Shown: positions 24,701-39,397, counted from the whole stretch's first letter. The stretch is 63,994 nucleotides of DNA, filler included, from Jimgerdemannia flammicorona (GCA_003990765.1; 3 parts of 3 records of this genome joined end to end with filler, not necessarily neighbours in it); one strand, 5' to 3'. The notes: a model not told the origin generated them from the letters alone. Translations and numbers: made by a program.

Positions 24701-27700
24701 ATTTGCTGAGGTTTATAAAGAGTTGATTTTCTCAAAGCTTCAGTAGTTCTAGTTTAAGATGTTTGAGATATTCCTCTAGAGTTTTTCTGAAGACTAGGAT
24801 GTCATCAATATAGATAACAACAAATTTGTCTAGGTATAGGTATAGGATAATATTCATCAGTGTCTAGAAGGTTATAGGAGTATTAGTTAAGTCAAAAGGT
24901 ATAACTAAAAACTCAAAATATCCATAGTAAGTTCAGAAGACTGTCTTGTAGATATCTTCTTCTTTTATAGCAATTTGCCAGTAACCATTTCACAGATCAA
25001 AAGAGCTCATAAATTGTAGGTTGGTAAGCCTATCAAATATTTTATTGATTTGGAGTAGTGAACAATAGTTCTTAATAGTCTATTTATTGAGGTCATAGTA
25101 ATCAATACACATTTATAGATCTTCTTCTTTTTTGATAATAAAGAGGACTAGTACACTATAGAGTAATATACTAGATCTAATGAATTCTTGTTCTAGGAGT
25201 TCATCAATCTTTTTCTCAAGTGTATTGATTTCTCTAAGAGATATATAGTAGATTGACTTGATGCAGGCTTAGTATCTGGGATGGTCTTGATGGTATGGTC
25301 TACTGCTTATTTAGGTAGTAGGCCTTTTGGAAGTTTCTTTAGAAATATGTCTCAGAATTTCTAGAGTAATGGTCTGATATACTGTCAATTTTAAAAAAGT
25401 CTTCTTCAAGATTTTCAGGTTCTCTTTTTAATAGGTAGATAGAGATAGCAAAGAGAGGGCATTTCTTAGACAATTTCTTAAGTTATAGCTTATTGATGTG
25501 AGTGATCTTTGGGCCAGAGTCACTAGAACTAAATGAGTCTTTTTTGTCTTACAGTTTGAAATTGTGACATCTCTTCTTAATGGTCAGGGAATGGTTTACC
25601 CAATCAATTATAGGGTTCTCTTATTTTAACCATAGGGTCCTAAAGATGATTTCATTATCAGGAAGTAGTACAATCTGGAGTATAATATATACTTAGTAGT
25701 CACCAATTCAGAAGGGTAGGTTGTAGACTTTTTTGCTAATAATATAGAAGATTCTATCAGCTGTAGCAACTACTTGGGTCTATTATACTAAAGAGGTCAG
25801 AACCTTGAGTCTGTTGGCTATTTCTTTATTGATGAAGTTGCCTGAAGTACTGCTGTCTATTATAATCTTAACAGATACTCAGTTGATATAAGCTTGGAGT
25901 ATAAGCAGTTTGTCTGATCCAATAGTGGTGATTTTAGTTATAGGAGCTTTCTATTTATTGGTTCTCCTTTGGACCAATTCATTGACACAAGAGAAGTAAT
26001 CATCAATCATTTGGAAAGAGTACATTCTAATACTATAGAGGTATTGGCCACTTGGTATAAATCTATCTTTGATTTTCTTATAGAATTATTCTTCTTTACT
26101 TATAGTAAATTGGACTGGGGTCTTGTTTGATGAGTCAAATCCTTTTGATCCTTAGATAGTAGACAGTAGTTCAGAGACTTCTTTGACTATCAATATTGAT
26201 TCAATTTTATCAAATTGGATCTGGGTGATACAAAAACCAATGGAGATCTTAAAGAGTATCCAACTATGGTTTCAGATAAGGATAATGATTTCACCTATAT
26301 AATCTTCATAAATGACTCCTCCTTCTACTGAGAGTCCTTTCAATGTTAGGCTGTTATGACAGTATATTCTTCTAATATATTCTTCAGGAATTTGAATGCT
26401 AATCTCTATATAGACTTACTTAACTTCTCAGTTAGAAATTATAGCTTCTTTAGCTATATATAGGTTATATCCAGCTATTTTTTGACTTTCTTTGATTAGG
26501 GCCTTGGCAGTTGGCCTTAACTTGACAAAGTTCAGTGTTTTGGTAGTCAGATTGTTGAGGTGGTACAGGGTAGTAATAGTTGCTCATATTGTTGTTCAGG
26601 GTTTTCAGTTGGGGCAGACACTGGCTATATATCCTGTCTTTTGGCAATAGAAGTATGCTCTGCTTCTTTGGAGTTTATTTCTTTCTCCTTCAGTAAGTTT
26701 CTTGAAGATACTTGGCTGGGTGGGTTCAGGATTTCAAGGTATCTAAGAGGTAGATATAGGGGGAGCTTGAGATGCTTCATGTTTGAGTTCTTCTTTCTTA
26801 GTCTAAGTTTTTTTCTTATTGTTGAATTGTCTTTAAGGCAGAATTGGTCCAGCTGTTAGGATTTGCTTAATTATAGTCTTAATTCTTACCAGACACTATT
26901 GTTAGTGATCACAATCAACTGGGCATTCTTGTTCTCAGATTTTTCTTATAAGCTATTCAGGTAGTATATCAAATAAATAATCTGCTCTTGTACTATTTCA
27001 TGCTTCATCATTGACAATATATCCTAGACTAACAATGTTCAGAAGTGACTCAAGTTTTATATAGAAGGTTTTAAATTCCTCCTTGCCATATATATATACA
27101 TATCAAATTTGAAGTTGTAGAGTTTAACTCAAGATTCAGCAATCAGAGTTTTGCTGCAATATTAAGCAATCATGAGTTGTTTGAGTCCAGGGGCTACAGA
27201 ATGGTCTCCATATTCTGGGATATTATTTGTTGCATTTTGGACAATGACTGTAGATCAGGTGTCTCATGTGAGGGGTTTTTTAGGAAGAGTTCACTACCAT
27301 TCTTTAATAGGTCCTCAGAATAATGTAATAACTTGACAAATATAGGCTGTAGTAGTAGCAAAGAGTTGTTCCAGAGTGTGGTCCTAATTGTTTGTCAGAA
27401 GGCAGTCAGCAACTTGCTCATTAGTCTATTGGTTAGCTTCAAAATTAGTATAAACTATACTAATGAAGTTTTGGACTTTCTGTGTAATACTATTGAAGGT
27501 AGGTAGACTTAGACTTTTTATTGATCAGGTCTGTTCAGCTAAGGTAGTAATGGTTGCTGCCATTATGACTACCTGAGCTGTGAGGTCTAGAATCTGTTGG
27601 TTTATCATATTGTTTACTAGAAGTAGTTGGACTACTGGTAATAGTATTACTGGTATGACTTGAGATATTGGTACAGAATGTGATAGTGTTCTTTAAGTCT

Positions 27701-30448
27701 ATGTAAGTTACTAGAGTAACTGTTATAGATCTGAAGTAAGAGCTTAATAGATAACTGTTTGTTACTATATAGGTGTATTTTGTCCTAATAGAGATATGTA
27801 TATCTCCTTTAGTAGTATATCTCAGATTGAATTTACTGAGATACTCCTCCTCTTCTTTACTTTGGTCCCCATATAGTTGGGTTTATTCAGCATCAAAGTA
27901 GATAGTATCAGTTATATATCAGATTTTAGATGAGCTTAATTTGAAAGCTGGTTCAGGTTCAGTATTAGTTTCAGTTTCAGATAGAGCTATAGCCAGGCCT
28001 GCTTCTGGTTCAGAGTCAGATTATTGATGAAGGGTTTCTCTTACTTCTTCTTTAAGAATATGGCAGGCCTTGCAATTCTGGAATTGGTAGTATAAGGCAG
28101 TCTTGGTCCTGGTGCAGTAATAGTTAATAGAGTTGAGCCACTCAGCTATAGAGATTTGAGCTTTATGAGAAACTAAGGCTAGAAAGACAGCTGCTGGTTG
28201 TCCTAGGTCACTCAGATATATAGAGCTAATAAAACTCTTGTTGATAAGAGTAAAGAAGACTTCTATAAGACCTTCTTTATCTTGACTTACAGGGTATAGA
28301 GTAAGGAGTTCAGTATATAAGATTTCACCTATTTGCAGATTTAATTAGAATACTTCTTTTTATAGATGAAGTCTATCCCACTTATTATAGGTATAGAGGT
28401 CAAATTGTCCTTGTACATTATATTCAATTCTCTTCAGATTGTCAGATGGTTCAGAATAAATTCTAGTTCAGAGGTTGGGCTTTATACTAACTTGTAGGAA
28501 TTCTTATAGAGGTTTGTAATAAGGTGAGAAAGTATCTTAAAGCAGAATAGAATTGTAAACTGCTGCTACCAAGTTGTAAGAGAGTTATTTTGTTAGAGTA
28601 CTATTACATAGTTCTGGAAGAGTTTTCTGGAAGTTCTAGATATTCTGGAAGACTATTTTCTTAAGATCAAGATCAATTTTATATAGAGTGTATTCTCTAT
28701 ACTTATTGATTTCAAGATTGAGTTAATGTCTCAACCAAAGTCCTTTTTTGGACTTATTCTGGATGTTCAGGATTTTCTATATTTTAGAAAGTTCAAGAAA
28801 CTAAGACCAGCTTAGTTGAATTGACATATTGCTATAGACAATATTTAATTAGAAAATTTTATAATATAGTTAGGAGTGAGACCTAATAGAGTTCAGATTT
28901 ATTTAAGAGTGATTTATGGATTATTAAATAGGTTTATTCACTATTTATGATATTACTATACTAGAAGTAGTGGTGTAAAGAAATATTGTGGGAAAGTGTT
29001 CAGAAGTTCTTATATATTCAGATTGTTCAAGTCTGAGTTTCTGAGGTCTAGAAGAGAGGGTATTTATACTAATAGAAGGCTATCTGAACTATACTAAATA
29101 TGGATATAGTACTTAGTATCTTACTGAGTCAGAATGCAGTTACATATATAGTATAAGTGTAAACTAATATATTAAGAGATTGTCTGACTACTGAGTCAGT
29201 ATATAGTTATGTCATACAAGACTAATTTAACTATATTAATGACTGCTAAGATATCTATAGATTTAAATACTGTCTAGGTAGTCTTCAATAATATCATCTT
29301 TGCTTTCATCAGATTTGCTGTCTGCATACCTTCTATAGGTAATAGTACTATGAGTTACTGGATTATAGTAAGCTAATAGCTATTCTTTATATTGCTTATA
29401 CTCAGATAGTAGAGTTTTCAGTTCAATCTCAAGAGTTGTCTAGAGATATAGATTGTGTTTTCTGGTCTTTTCATTGTAGTTGAAGTAGTCAGACATAAAT
29501 GTGAGTTGGTACTCATACCAGTGGTCATTATTCCAATAGGTCTCATAGGTGGTTATAAACTATTGTAAGTTTATCAGCAAGGTTAGTGGGGTGATCAGAA
29601 CTGGCAGAGATCCTTAGCTAGAGGTCATATTGGTATTAGAGGGATTGTTATCTTCTACTTTATTATTATCAAACTAGATTATATTGTAGATATCTTTTAT
29701 GATATATCTGACTTGAGATATTTATAGGATATAGTTATTGAGGTATGGGAAGGTTCTGTCTATGGTCTGAACATATTTAATATACTTGTAGTTGAGTTCT
29801 TGTATCATATCATTGATTTGGCTATAGGATAGAGTAGCAACTATTTCAGCAGTAGTAACTCAGAGATGGGAAATAAAGGTGTTATACTTATAGAAGAGTT
29901 CTTGATATTTGCAGGTGATGAGTTTTTGGTATTGAGATATCTGGATAATATCTGTGTTATAGTAGTATTTAACTATATCTTCTAGAAGGCAGCTAATCTG
30001 ATAGTAGCTTGAGATTTGTCTGATTTAATAGACTTTGCTGAACATATTCAAGGCATTTCATTAGGCTTCTACAAAGTAAAGAGATACCAGGCTATAGATA
30101 TTTATGGGAGGCAGGAGAGGTGTGGCTCAGTTGATAATAACATTCCAAATATTAATACAGATGCAGTTGTAGATCTCAGTGGCTATAGTTGTATATATGT
30201 TTAAGAGTTATAATTGTTTGTTTGTTGTAGTTCTCTATTTTGACATATTTGGATACTTGGTATATATATATTTAGTTCTGATTAGTAAGGTTCTGTTTGT
30301 GTAAATCTTCTGTTCTGTGACTTCAAGTTGACTCAGCTTTGTGCTCTATAACTTCAGTTTGACTCAGCTTCATGATCTTGTATGTAATTTTCAGATTTGC
30401 TCTAAGAGTGATATGTGATTTCAGTGACTTAGAGATTGTATATTTATA
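21771..30448 (-). mobile_element. Ty3/gypsy chromovirus copy C (same family as A and B), inserted into element D
   Basis: Colinear with B across gag-dUTPase-PR-RT-RH-IN-chromo. 5' LTR 28575-30448, PBS 28560-28571, PPT about 22026-22038, partial 3' LTR 21771-22024. Confidence 0.94.
28575..30448 (-). repeat. 5' LTR of copy C (type 2, about 1.87 kb), containing the U3 ORF homolog at 30186-29263
   Basis: Termini T(A)TAA(A)...CTTACA. The last ~700 bp match the type-1 LTRs; the U3 matches the 3' LTR of B. Confidence 0.9.
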
Positions 30449-33400
30449 TTGCTTAATGATACCAGCTTCTTTCAATTCCTTGAGTTCTGCTTGCAACTAT
30501 TCTCTATAGGCAGGTGATATGGGTCTGGCTTTCTGATAGATAGGCTTGATATTACTAGTATCAACTTCATAGTAGTACTTGGGTTCTTGGTTGTGGATAT
30601 TCCTGAAGTCTGTGGTGAGTACTCCTTCATTCTGGTATAGAATCTTGAGAAGTTATTCTTCTAGAGAAAAGTTTTCTCTAATAGTATATGTGTACTTATT
30701 CTAGTTCTTGTCTTTCTTATACTTAAGTTTAGTAATCTTGGTAGCAGTATAGGCTCCTCTTCCAGTAGATCCAAAGTCTTGTTTTTCTCTCTTAGTCTTG
30801 ATGAGTTCAATAGCTTCAGTAATCTTAGACTTCTTAACTTCATGGATCAGCATCTGGCCAATCCTATCATACTTCTTAACTTTTAATAGAGTGGTGGGGT
30901 TGTGATTCCTAACTATAGGAAAGATCTCACCAGTATAATCAGAATCAATGACTCTTCCTTCAACTGAGATTTTACTCTTAACTAGACTGCTCCTAGTCTT
31001 GATAATTCCAGTATAATTCTTTGGTAATATGACTCCAATTTCAGTATCAAGTAGAGTGGTGGTTTGTAGTTCAAGGATAGCATCTTGGATATTGACAAGG
31101 TCTATTTCTATAGCTCCTTCAGTCTTATATTCTGAGATCTTAACTTTAGGGTGAAACTTCTTAACCTTGAGAGTGATGTCTGATTCTTGTTCTTTCTCAT
31201 CATCACTATCAGCTTGAAGCTCTGGGGGCTGGTCATCTTCTTCAGCTTTCTTTTTTGCTTCAGCTACTTCTTGCTTGCACTTTTGTTAGTAGATTTTTCT
31301 AACTTTACTAATATAGGACTAGCAGTCATTTAGGTGTTCAGAGCAGTATATCTTAGTACTATGAGGGTATCTTTCTTGAGGAGTATAGCTATCAATAATT
31401 TTGTTGTACCACTGCTCATCTGTAAGCTTAGTTGTCTTACTCTTATTCTTATACACTGAGTGCATAAAGACTTCTGTGTCCTCTTCATATTATTTCTCCA
31501 TATCTGATAGTACTCCTTTGTAGATATTGATATAGTGACTCATATCTTTCTTTCTCTATAGTTAATCTGCATCTTCTGGACATTGAGGTTAATGATAGCT
31601 TTGATCTTATGAAGTCATTGATTACTAATGAGGATATCATAGTTAGTGGTACTTATAATGATCACATCTACTAAGATAGTAGCTCCTCTAATCTTGATGA
31701 GAACTTCTTGGATCTTACCTAGTGGGGTAGCTTATGTACCATCTGCTGTGATATAGACAATTCTAGTAGATTCTTCAATATTCCAGCCCAAGTAGTCAAT
31801 TGCCTTCTTACTTATAAGATATCCTCCAGTACTAATATTAATGATAGTATCAAAGATACAATCTTCAATCTGGTATTGGGTATAGGCTGAGGTCTTGTAC
31901 TGATCTTCAGATTCTTTATCTGAGTCTTCTTGTTCATCTTTTTGTACATTGTGAGCTTCTATGATCTTGTACTCTTAGTTTTTGACAGTGGTTGCAAGTT
32001 CTGCTCTCAACTACTGTCTAAAGGTGGGGACTTCTGCTAGTTGTCCAAAAGTAGCATTGATCTTCTGTTTCTTGAGATCTTTATAGATATCATACTGATA
32101 GACTTTGGTCTTATACAGCTTCTGTTCTTTCTTACTTTCACTTTCTCCTGGAACTGGAGTAGTACTTTCAATAATTTGACAGATAGCTTTATCTAACTCC
32201 ATATCTTGATCAATCTCCTCAAGTTGGGTCTTACTTTGAATAGTGATGGTTGGGGTCTTTTTTGGTCTTCCAACTGACTTACTGTTATTCTTCTTGTCAT
32301 AGGGCTTAGACCAGGTTCTGGTATCTTCAGTAATAGGGTAGAATTCAGACTCCTCATAGTATTCTTCATTATCAGTATCACCAATCTTCTTGATGACTAC
32401 TGTATTGGTTTGTTCTCTGGTTTTGATAGTATTACTTAGTTGGACTCTGTGTCTTGTTTTGGTCATACAATTCTTTGCATAGTGGTCTTCTTCTCTATAT
32501 TTGAAGTATATAATGATATATTTCTCTATAGTACATAGCTACAAACTTCTGTACTGATCTCCTATTGGTACTTTGTACTTCTCTAACAACGTCACTAAGA
32601 TATATAGTCATCTTGACAAACTGCTGGGTGAGTTCCTCCACTGGATTAGCTTTGGCCATCTTTGGAATAGGTGGAGATGGTTGTTTGTTGAGAGCTGTAG
32701 TGGGTATGATACTGGTTGGCTTTGGTGGCTCTATCTTGATACCAGTTATCCTTTTCATTGAGTATTTAGTAGAGTGTCTGACAGTCCAATATCTCTGTAC
32801 AAAGACCACTTTCTAATCAAGAGTCAGAGTAGCTAAGATAGATCAGATTATTAGGGTGATTTCATAGTAGACTCTTTTTAGGAAGGTTAAATTAGCTATC
32901 TATTCCTTGAGAGTATCATCATAGCTAGCCAAGATAATCTGGTAGCAGATTTGAATATAGAATAAGTTGGAGTCTTCATTGAGTCCTTGGCAGATATATA
33001 GTATTGAGTTGATCTTTAAGAGCTTACTTGATCTCTTCAGTATAATATATAGTTCTGAGGAAGTTCTTCATGTTGGTAAGTTTGACTGTACTATTGTCAG
33101 CAATAGTGGCTGTATTGAACTTATCTCTAGCAAGTCCTCTGAGGCTGACAGATAGAAGGATCAATTGTATTTCAATACTAAGAGCTTATATGGTGACAAA
33201 TTGTTCAAAGTCTTCAATGAAGATCAAGATTGACTCTTCAGTAGTAAATCTATAGAATATGGAGAGACACATTTCTATCTTATCTTGAATTCTTATAGAG
33301 GGTGACTCTTATAGTCAGAGTAGTTGTTGTAGTGATTATTTGTTATTTAGCTTGAAAGTGAGGAATCCTAATGATATTACTAGTTAATAAGTACCAAGTT

Positions 33401-35004
33401 GTTACATAGTAGATGTTAAGTTCTTCAAGTATATCAGATTCTCTTTAAGATATATCTCTTAGACTAACCATAAGTTTCTTATAAGCAAGTTCTATTGGAG
33501 TACCTTTCTAAGGTCTTATAGTCTTTAAACTTCTTATCTTTAAACTATTTTATTATTTCTTAAATTTGCTTGCATGAAATTGAGTAGAGAACTAGAACTT
33601 TTGTACTCTTGAGTAGTTGGATATTTAAATGTTTGAGTGTTTTAATACTGACTTTATTTCAAAGGAAATAAGAGGGGTATTTATATAAAATATAATTCAA
33701 TAGTTACTAAGATATAAAGCTAAATATAAAATCCAATAACTAAATAAGATATTTGAATACAGAAAACTTCAGGTTATAAGTATAAATTTGAGTATCCATA
33801 TAATTGGTTGCATAAGATCAGAATGCTGAAATAATTTCTAATAGTTATATGAGGTCAGGATACCAGAATATTCAAGTGTTCAAATAAATAGTTACACAAA
33901 TAAATTAGAGTAGAATATTCAGAATCCTGGGGGCTTTGTCTTCATTGCTATCATTATGGCTAGAGGTCAGAGACAAGATGTCTTTGAAGGAAATAAGATC
34001 AGTAAATATTTCTATTTCATTTGTTTTATATATATCAATTAGTAGGATAATGTTATTACTAGTAATATTATCATATTCAATGGTAGCAGAAAGGAGATCA
34101 TGGACTCTCTAATCTATGACATTTTCCTCTACAAAGTAGAGAACAAAGATGAGATCTTGAGAGAGTCTGACCTAAATACTGGGGTCTTGGAATACTGAGA
34201 TTAATCTTATAAAGAATTGATCTGAATTGTCCTCAAGAATGAGATTCTAGAACTCTTCTATCTCATCACTTTTGAGAGTAATAGTAGATTGGACTTCTAT
34301 GGCCACCATGACTTCTAATATATCTGTATAGTGGACTGATAATTTCTTAAAGTCTGAGACTCTGATATACTCTAAGTTAGGGATTGACCAAGATATATAT
34401 CTGAAGACCTGATAGATCTTTTTAGCTATTCTCAATTTGCATACATCTATAGAGGTGGCATCTTGTATCTCTTGGAGACTGGCCTGAGAGAATTCCTGGC
34501 AGAGGAGGTTTCTTATTTCATATTCCTACTATATTCAGAGGTATTCAGTAACAGTAGTAATTCTTATCTCTATTTCATGACAGTAGAGAGTAAAGTGGTA
34601 AGAGTCACCAGTACCCAAGTTAAGGCTAGGAATCCTTCTGGTATAGGTTCTTATAGCTCTTCTGATGTCTTGGAATATCCTTTCTTGGACTGAGAAGCCT
34701 TAGTGATTCCTAGATCTTGAGGTTTGGCAAGTGGCAGGCATTTTGTTTATAGTGAGTCTTTTGAACTATTTCAAGATTTTGTGAGTCTTGTTTGAATTGC
34801 TACTGCTACAGTTTTTTGGTCCTTCTTTTATATTCCTTGAGATATCTATCTTGTAGTCATCATGACTTATGGTTGGTCATTATTGCTCATCTTGTAGCCT
34901 GGGTGAGTCATGCCATATAATCTTCTTGTGCTCTGATCTGATGACTTATAAGGAAAGGCTATCTCCTGTGATGATGTCACCATTCTGAGATCACTATTAT
35001 AATA
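30449..35004 (-). mobile_element. Ty3/gypsy element D, 5' half: LTR-gag(CCHC)-protease-dUTPase-start of RT region
   Basis: LTR about 33400-35004 (ends GTAACA, then TGGT PBS start). Decayed zinc knuckle about 32470-32515, aspartic protease about 31600-31870, dUTPase about 30760-31170 (TRSSL, VIDSDYTGEI, DRIGQM, DFGSTG). Confidence 0.88.
33905..34741 (-). pseudogene. LTR(U3)-encoded ORF of element D, about 280 codons
   Basis: Continuous frame from ATG 34741 that includes track ORF 34247-34435; lies upstream of the TATA (about 33680) and AATAAA (about 33655) inside the LTR. Confidence 0.7.
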
Positions 35005-35511
35005 TATATATCTTTTCCTTTCCACAATTGTAAATATCTGCAACTTCATATCTATCATCATTACACACTATTGTCTTTGCTGTGCATGGCTTGCAATTAA
35101 TTGCAATTGGTATGATAATTGAGTAAGTACATATACAAAGAGCAGTGATGTACATATAGTGCATTCTACAGACATTTTGCTGTTATTCTGTAAGCATTCC
35201 CAACGACTCATTATGATACGCGCATTCTCGCAATCTGGGCTGGCATTCACAGGTGCAATCTGATTCTGGCTGCATTCCGATACTGCACGTTCTACGAACG
35301 CGTAAGAATGCGGGTCAGAATGCCGAAATTTTTTTGTGATGTAAATGAGAGCAAAAATTGGAACTAGGATCCTACGTGTTGAAAGATGAAAAAATAAACA
35401 CAGTAGCTTTCTATCAGATGCCTAAAAGGGATATATTCATAAAATATGTGTGAATCAGCTAAGAAATGAATGAAGGGGGGTTATATTCACAAAGAGAAAG
35501 GGATGCAAAAA

Positions 35512-36910
35512 TTAAAGATGATCTTTTATCCGATACTTGGATTGAATACTCAAAGTCACAGCAGGATACACCTTCTCCGGAAGATCAGTCCATGCAATTC
35601 CGTGGTTAATGCCATTGACGGAAAATGCGCAAGTATGGTTTCGTTTATCCAAATGTACATCACCATTCCGCCATAGTCGCGAGTCTCTTTCGGCCCCATT
35701 ACCCTATGATTCCCTCCCCAAGATTGGAATACCCACGCCGATCTCCTGTTCTCCATATTGGTATCGAAGTAAGTGAACTCCTCGCTCACCAACCCAATCT
35801 CGCTGATGCCAGACCGGTGATGCGATGCAACGGACTCGACCACAATATCCCATTTGCATAGCCCGTCCAGAGTCGTCGTCCCGGGATTGGAGATCCGCGC
35901 TGTCTGCATTAAGTGCGTTGACGACCCGACGGAAAGCTCCACGACTTTGCCATCAACAGAGACGACAATGTGCGAACCGACCTTCGATCGATCTTGACTT
36001 CCTCGTTCTTGACGTCCGCGATACCCGTCCGGGTGCCCCGTTGGGCACATGGTGTTCTTGCATGCGTGGTAACAAAAGGCAATGTAGTGCGGAGATGTCT
36101 CCGCAAACCCTTCGACCGCCTCTGTGAGGATCTTCAAGCGATGCGGGCACACAAGAGTGAGGTCTACATGTCTCATCATGTTCAGCAACGACTCATTTCC
36201 CAGCCGAATTTTGCCTTCACATCCCGGAACCATACTGGCGACATCACGCAAGACATCATGGCGCTCCGCAACGTCGGGTCCCGGCTCCTCGTCATGTGCC
36301 TAGACCTAGTCGAGGCAGGTCGTATTCGGAAGTGACGAAGGGTGTCGCGCAGGGTGCAGTGAAGAGAATCTCGATGGCCTCTTAGAGAGGTCTGTCAACT
36401 CTCCTATGGCGAGCTTGCGAGAGTAGAAGGGCTTGAGAAGCACGACATAGAGGTCCTGGCTGGCCTCACTCCATGGGATGGAGGCGGCGGCCCCGTTGAA
36501 GAGAGGCGAGGAGACGCCAAAGTCGGAAATGCCTTGGGCGCGCTCTAGCACCATTTCCATAAGCTTTGGAGGAGAAGGAAGCTCGCTGCGCGGTAGATGT
36601 CCACCGCGATGGTAGCGTCGTCGCTAAGTTGATGTCGTGGAGAATTATCCGCTGAGAAACACTCTCTTGCATGTTTCCGTACAGCATTGCCTTGAAAACC
36701 GGGCACCTTAGGAACTATGTGATATGAATTAATATAAGATAGATCTATAACCATGAAATACAATCAAGAAACGATCAAACACACCTTGCAGCCAGCACAG
36801 CACGATAAGCGCCAAGCTCTATGCCATCAACGCAGGCAATGGTTACGTCGTGGTAGGATGTGTCTTTCCATATGGAGGCGATATCGTCCTTGAGGCTAAG
36901 GCCACTGTCA
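35512..36910 (-). pseudogene. BTB/POZ-SPRY paralog, pseudogene
   Basis: Colinear with the gene at 37894-39397, but the start codon is deleted (about 36912) and there are frameshifting deletions (e.g. about 36630 and 35665). Confidence 0.9.
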
Positions 36911-37747
36911 GATGTTTAGTTGCCGATTGAAGGATATGTTCCTGGACAAGGTGAACTGTGGCGCAGCGACTTGTGAAGACGCCAGTTTAGCCGACGGAGT
37001 TCATGAACAAACCCGAGAAAGCATGTTACTGAGGTGTGACACGCTTCGAGTAGAGTTTCAGCTGCAGCTAAGGCGATCCTCAACAGAGGATACCCAGGCG
37101 TCAGTGCCATTTCCTCGACAAGCAGACCGCTAACGGCCCAATAGCAAGAGCACTAAAATCTGAACGAGCTCCATTCAACAGTGACCGTAAGAGCAATTGT
37201 TTATTTGCAATCTTAGTGAAGCGCGAAAAATGGTTCTTTTATGAAACGTATATACTAATGGCGATATATCACATTTGACTAGCCTATTACCGCGACAGCG
37301 ATCTGACTGTATGTCAACCCAATACATTCAGATTAAAAAAAAGAGTTGGGTGAATTCATGTATGTAGTTTGACAGGTGCATAGGAAAAAATATCAACCAA
37401 AATAATATCAGTGCGATGTTCGCAGGCTGTTCCGGGTTTCTGGACTATAGTCATGATTTCAACCATAAGATGTGTTTTCGCAAATGCACAAGTTGGGGAA
37501 ATGATAAAAATTTGCACCATTATATAATCATGGGTCCAAGCATTTGTTACATTTCGACCACTTTGAAATGGAACAATTTATAAAATGAATTTGACGATTG
37601 CGACCTGAGCGCACATAGAAATTACTGAAGAGGTTTTGTGCGCCATATCAGCTGTTTAAACAGGATTCTCCAGTCTGTTTAGACATTATTACTGACGATC
37701 AATTTGCGAGAATGCAAAATTGGAACTAAATATTTTATGTTTAAAAG

Positions 37748-37790
<43 letters not shown>

Positions 37791-37893
37791 TAGCTTACTC
37801 TAGCAGAGGATATATTCATAAATAGGTTTCAATCAGCTAAGAAATAAATAAAGGGAGCTTGTATATATTCACGAAGAGGAGGAGAGAAAAAAA

Positions 37894-39397
37894 TTAATGA
37901 TCTTTTATCCGATACTTGGATTGAACACTCAAAGTAACGGCAGGGTACACCTTCTCCGGAAGATCAGTCCATGCAATTCCATGGTTAATTCCATTGACAG
38001 AAATAGCACAAGTATGGGTTTCTTTATCCAAATGCAAAGTCACTACATCACCACTGCAAATAATGACGCCATAGTCGTGGGCTCCTCCTGGCCCCTTTAC
38101 TTTCCGAAACTCTTCCCAAGACTGGAATACCCACGCCGATCTCCCGTTCTCCATAGTGGAATTGAAGTCAGTAAACTCCTCGCTCACCAACCCGATCTCG
38201 CTGATGCGGGACCAGTAAGACGATGAAACGGATTCGACCACTATGTTCCATTCGCATAGCCCGTTCAGAGACATTATCCCGGGGGCGGAGATTCGTGCCG
38301 TCTGCCTCACGGACCTTGACGTCTTGACGGAAAGCTCCACGGCCTTGCCATCGTCTGAGACGACAACGCGCGAACCGACCTTGGATCGATCCCACTGGAG
38401 ATCTTGCCTTCCACGATCTTGACTTCCTCGATACCCTGACGAGTGCTCCGTTGGGCATATGGTGTTCTTGCATGCGTGGTGACAAAAGGCCATGTAGTGC
38501 GGAGATGTCTCTGCAAACCCGTCGACCGCCTCCGTGAGGCTCTTCAGGCGATGCGGGCACACAAGGGTAAGGTCCACATGCCTCATCATACTCAGCAACA
38601 AGTCATTTCCCAACCGAATTTTCCCATCGCATCCTGGAACCATACTGGCGACATCACGCAAGACAGCATGACGCTCCCGAACATCGGGTCCTGGCTCTTC
38701 GGCATGCGCCCAGACCCAGTCGACGACACACAGGAGCAGATCGTATTCGGAAGTGACGAAGTTAGTCGCGCAGGGTGCAGTGAAGAGCAGCTCGATGGCC
38801 TCTTTGGAGAGGTCTGTCAATTCTCCTATGGCGAGCTTGCGAGAGTAGAAGGGCCTGAGGAGCACGGCGTAGAGATCCTTGCTGGCCTCACCCCAAGGGA
38901 TGGAAGCGGCGGCCCCGTTGAGAAGGGATGAGGAGACGCCAAAGTCGGAAATATCTTGGGCGCGCTCCAGCACCATGACCATGAGCTTGGGGAGGATAAG
39001 GAAGCTCGCTGCGCGGTAGATATCCACCGCGATGCTGATGGTGTCGTCGTCGATCGATTCGGTGTAGATGAAACCGAGGACGGCGGTGAGCGCTGCAGAG
39101 TTTATGTCGTGGAGGACGACGCGCTGGGAGACACTCTCCTGCATGTTTCCGTACAGCATTGCCTTGAAAACGGGACACCTTGGGAACCACAGAAATGAAT
39201 TAATATGAGATGTATCTATAAAAACTATGATACACAATCGAGAACGATCAAACACACCTTGCAGACAGCACAGCACGGCAAGCGCCAAGCTCGACACCAT
39301 CAGCGCAGACGATGGTTACGTCGTGGTAGGATGTGTCTTTCCATATGGTGGCGATGTCATCCTTGAGGTTAAGACCACTGTCGGATTGCACGACCAT
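37894..39397 (-). CDS. BTB/POZ (+BACK-like) and C-terminal SPRY/B30.2-like domain protein, about 474 aa, two exons (39397-39258, 39178-37894)
   Basis: DVTIVC...ACRAVLSAR|CPVFKAMLYGNMQES...VLGFIYTES (BTB); GDVVTLHLD...SVNGINHGIAW..LP..VYPAVTL (SPRY). A GT-AG intron at 39257-39179 restores the frame. Confidence 0.9.

Noticed and set aside
37894..39300. Track ORF start with a hydrophobic, signal-like N-terminus (MVSSLALAVLCC...)
   Set aside because: It is read-through of the intron and the wrong frame of exon 1; the spliced model gives a complete BTB domain.
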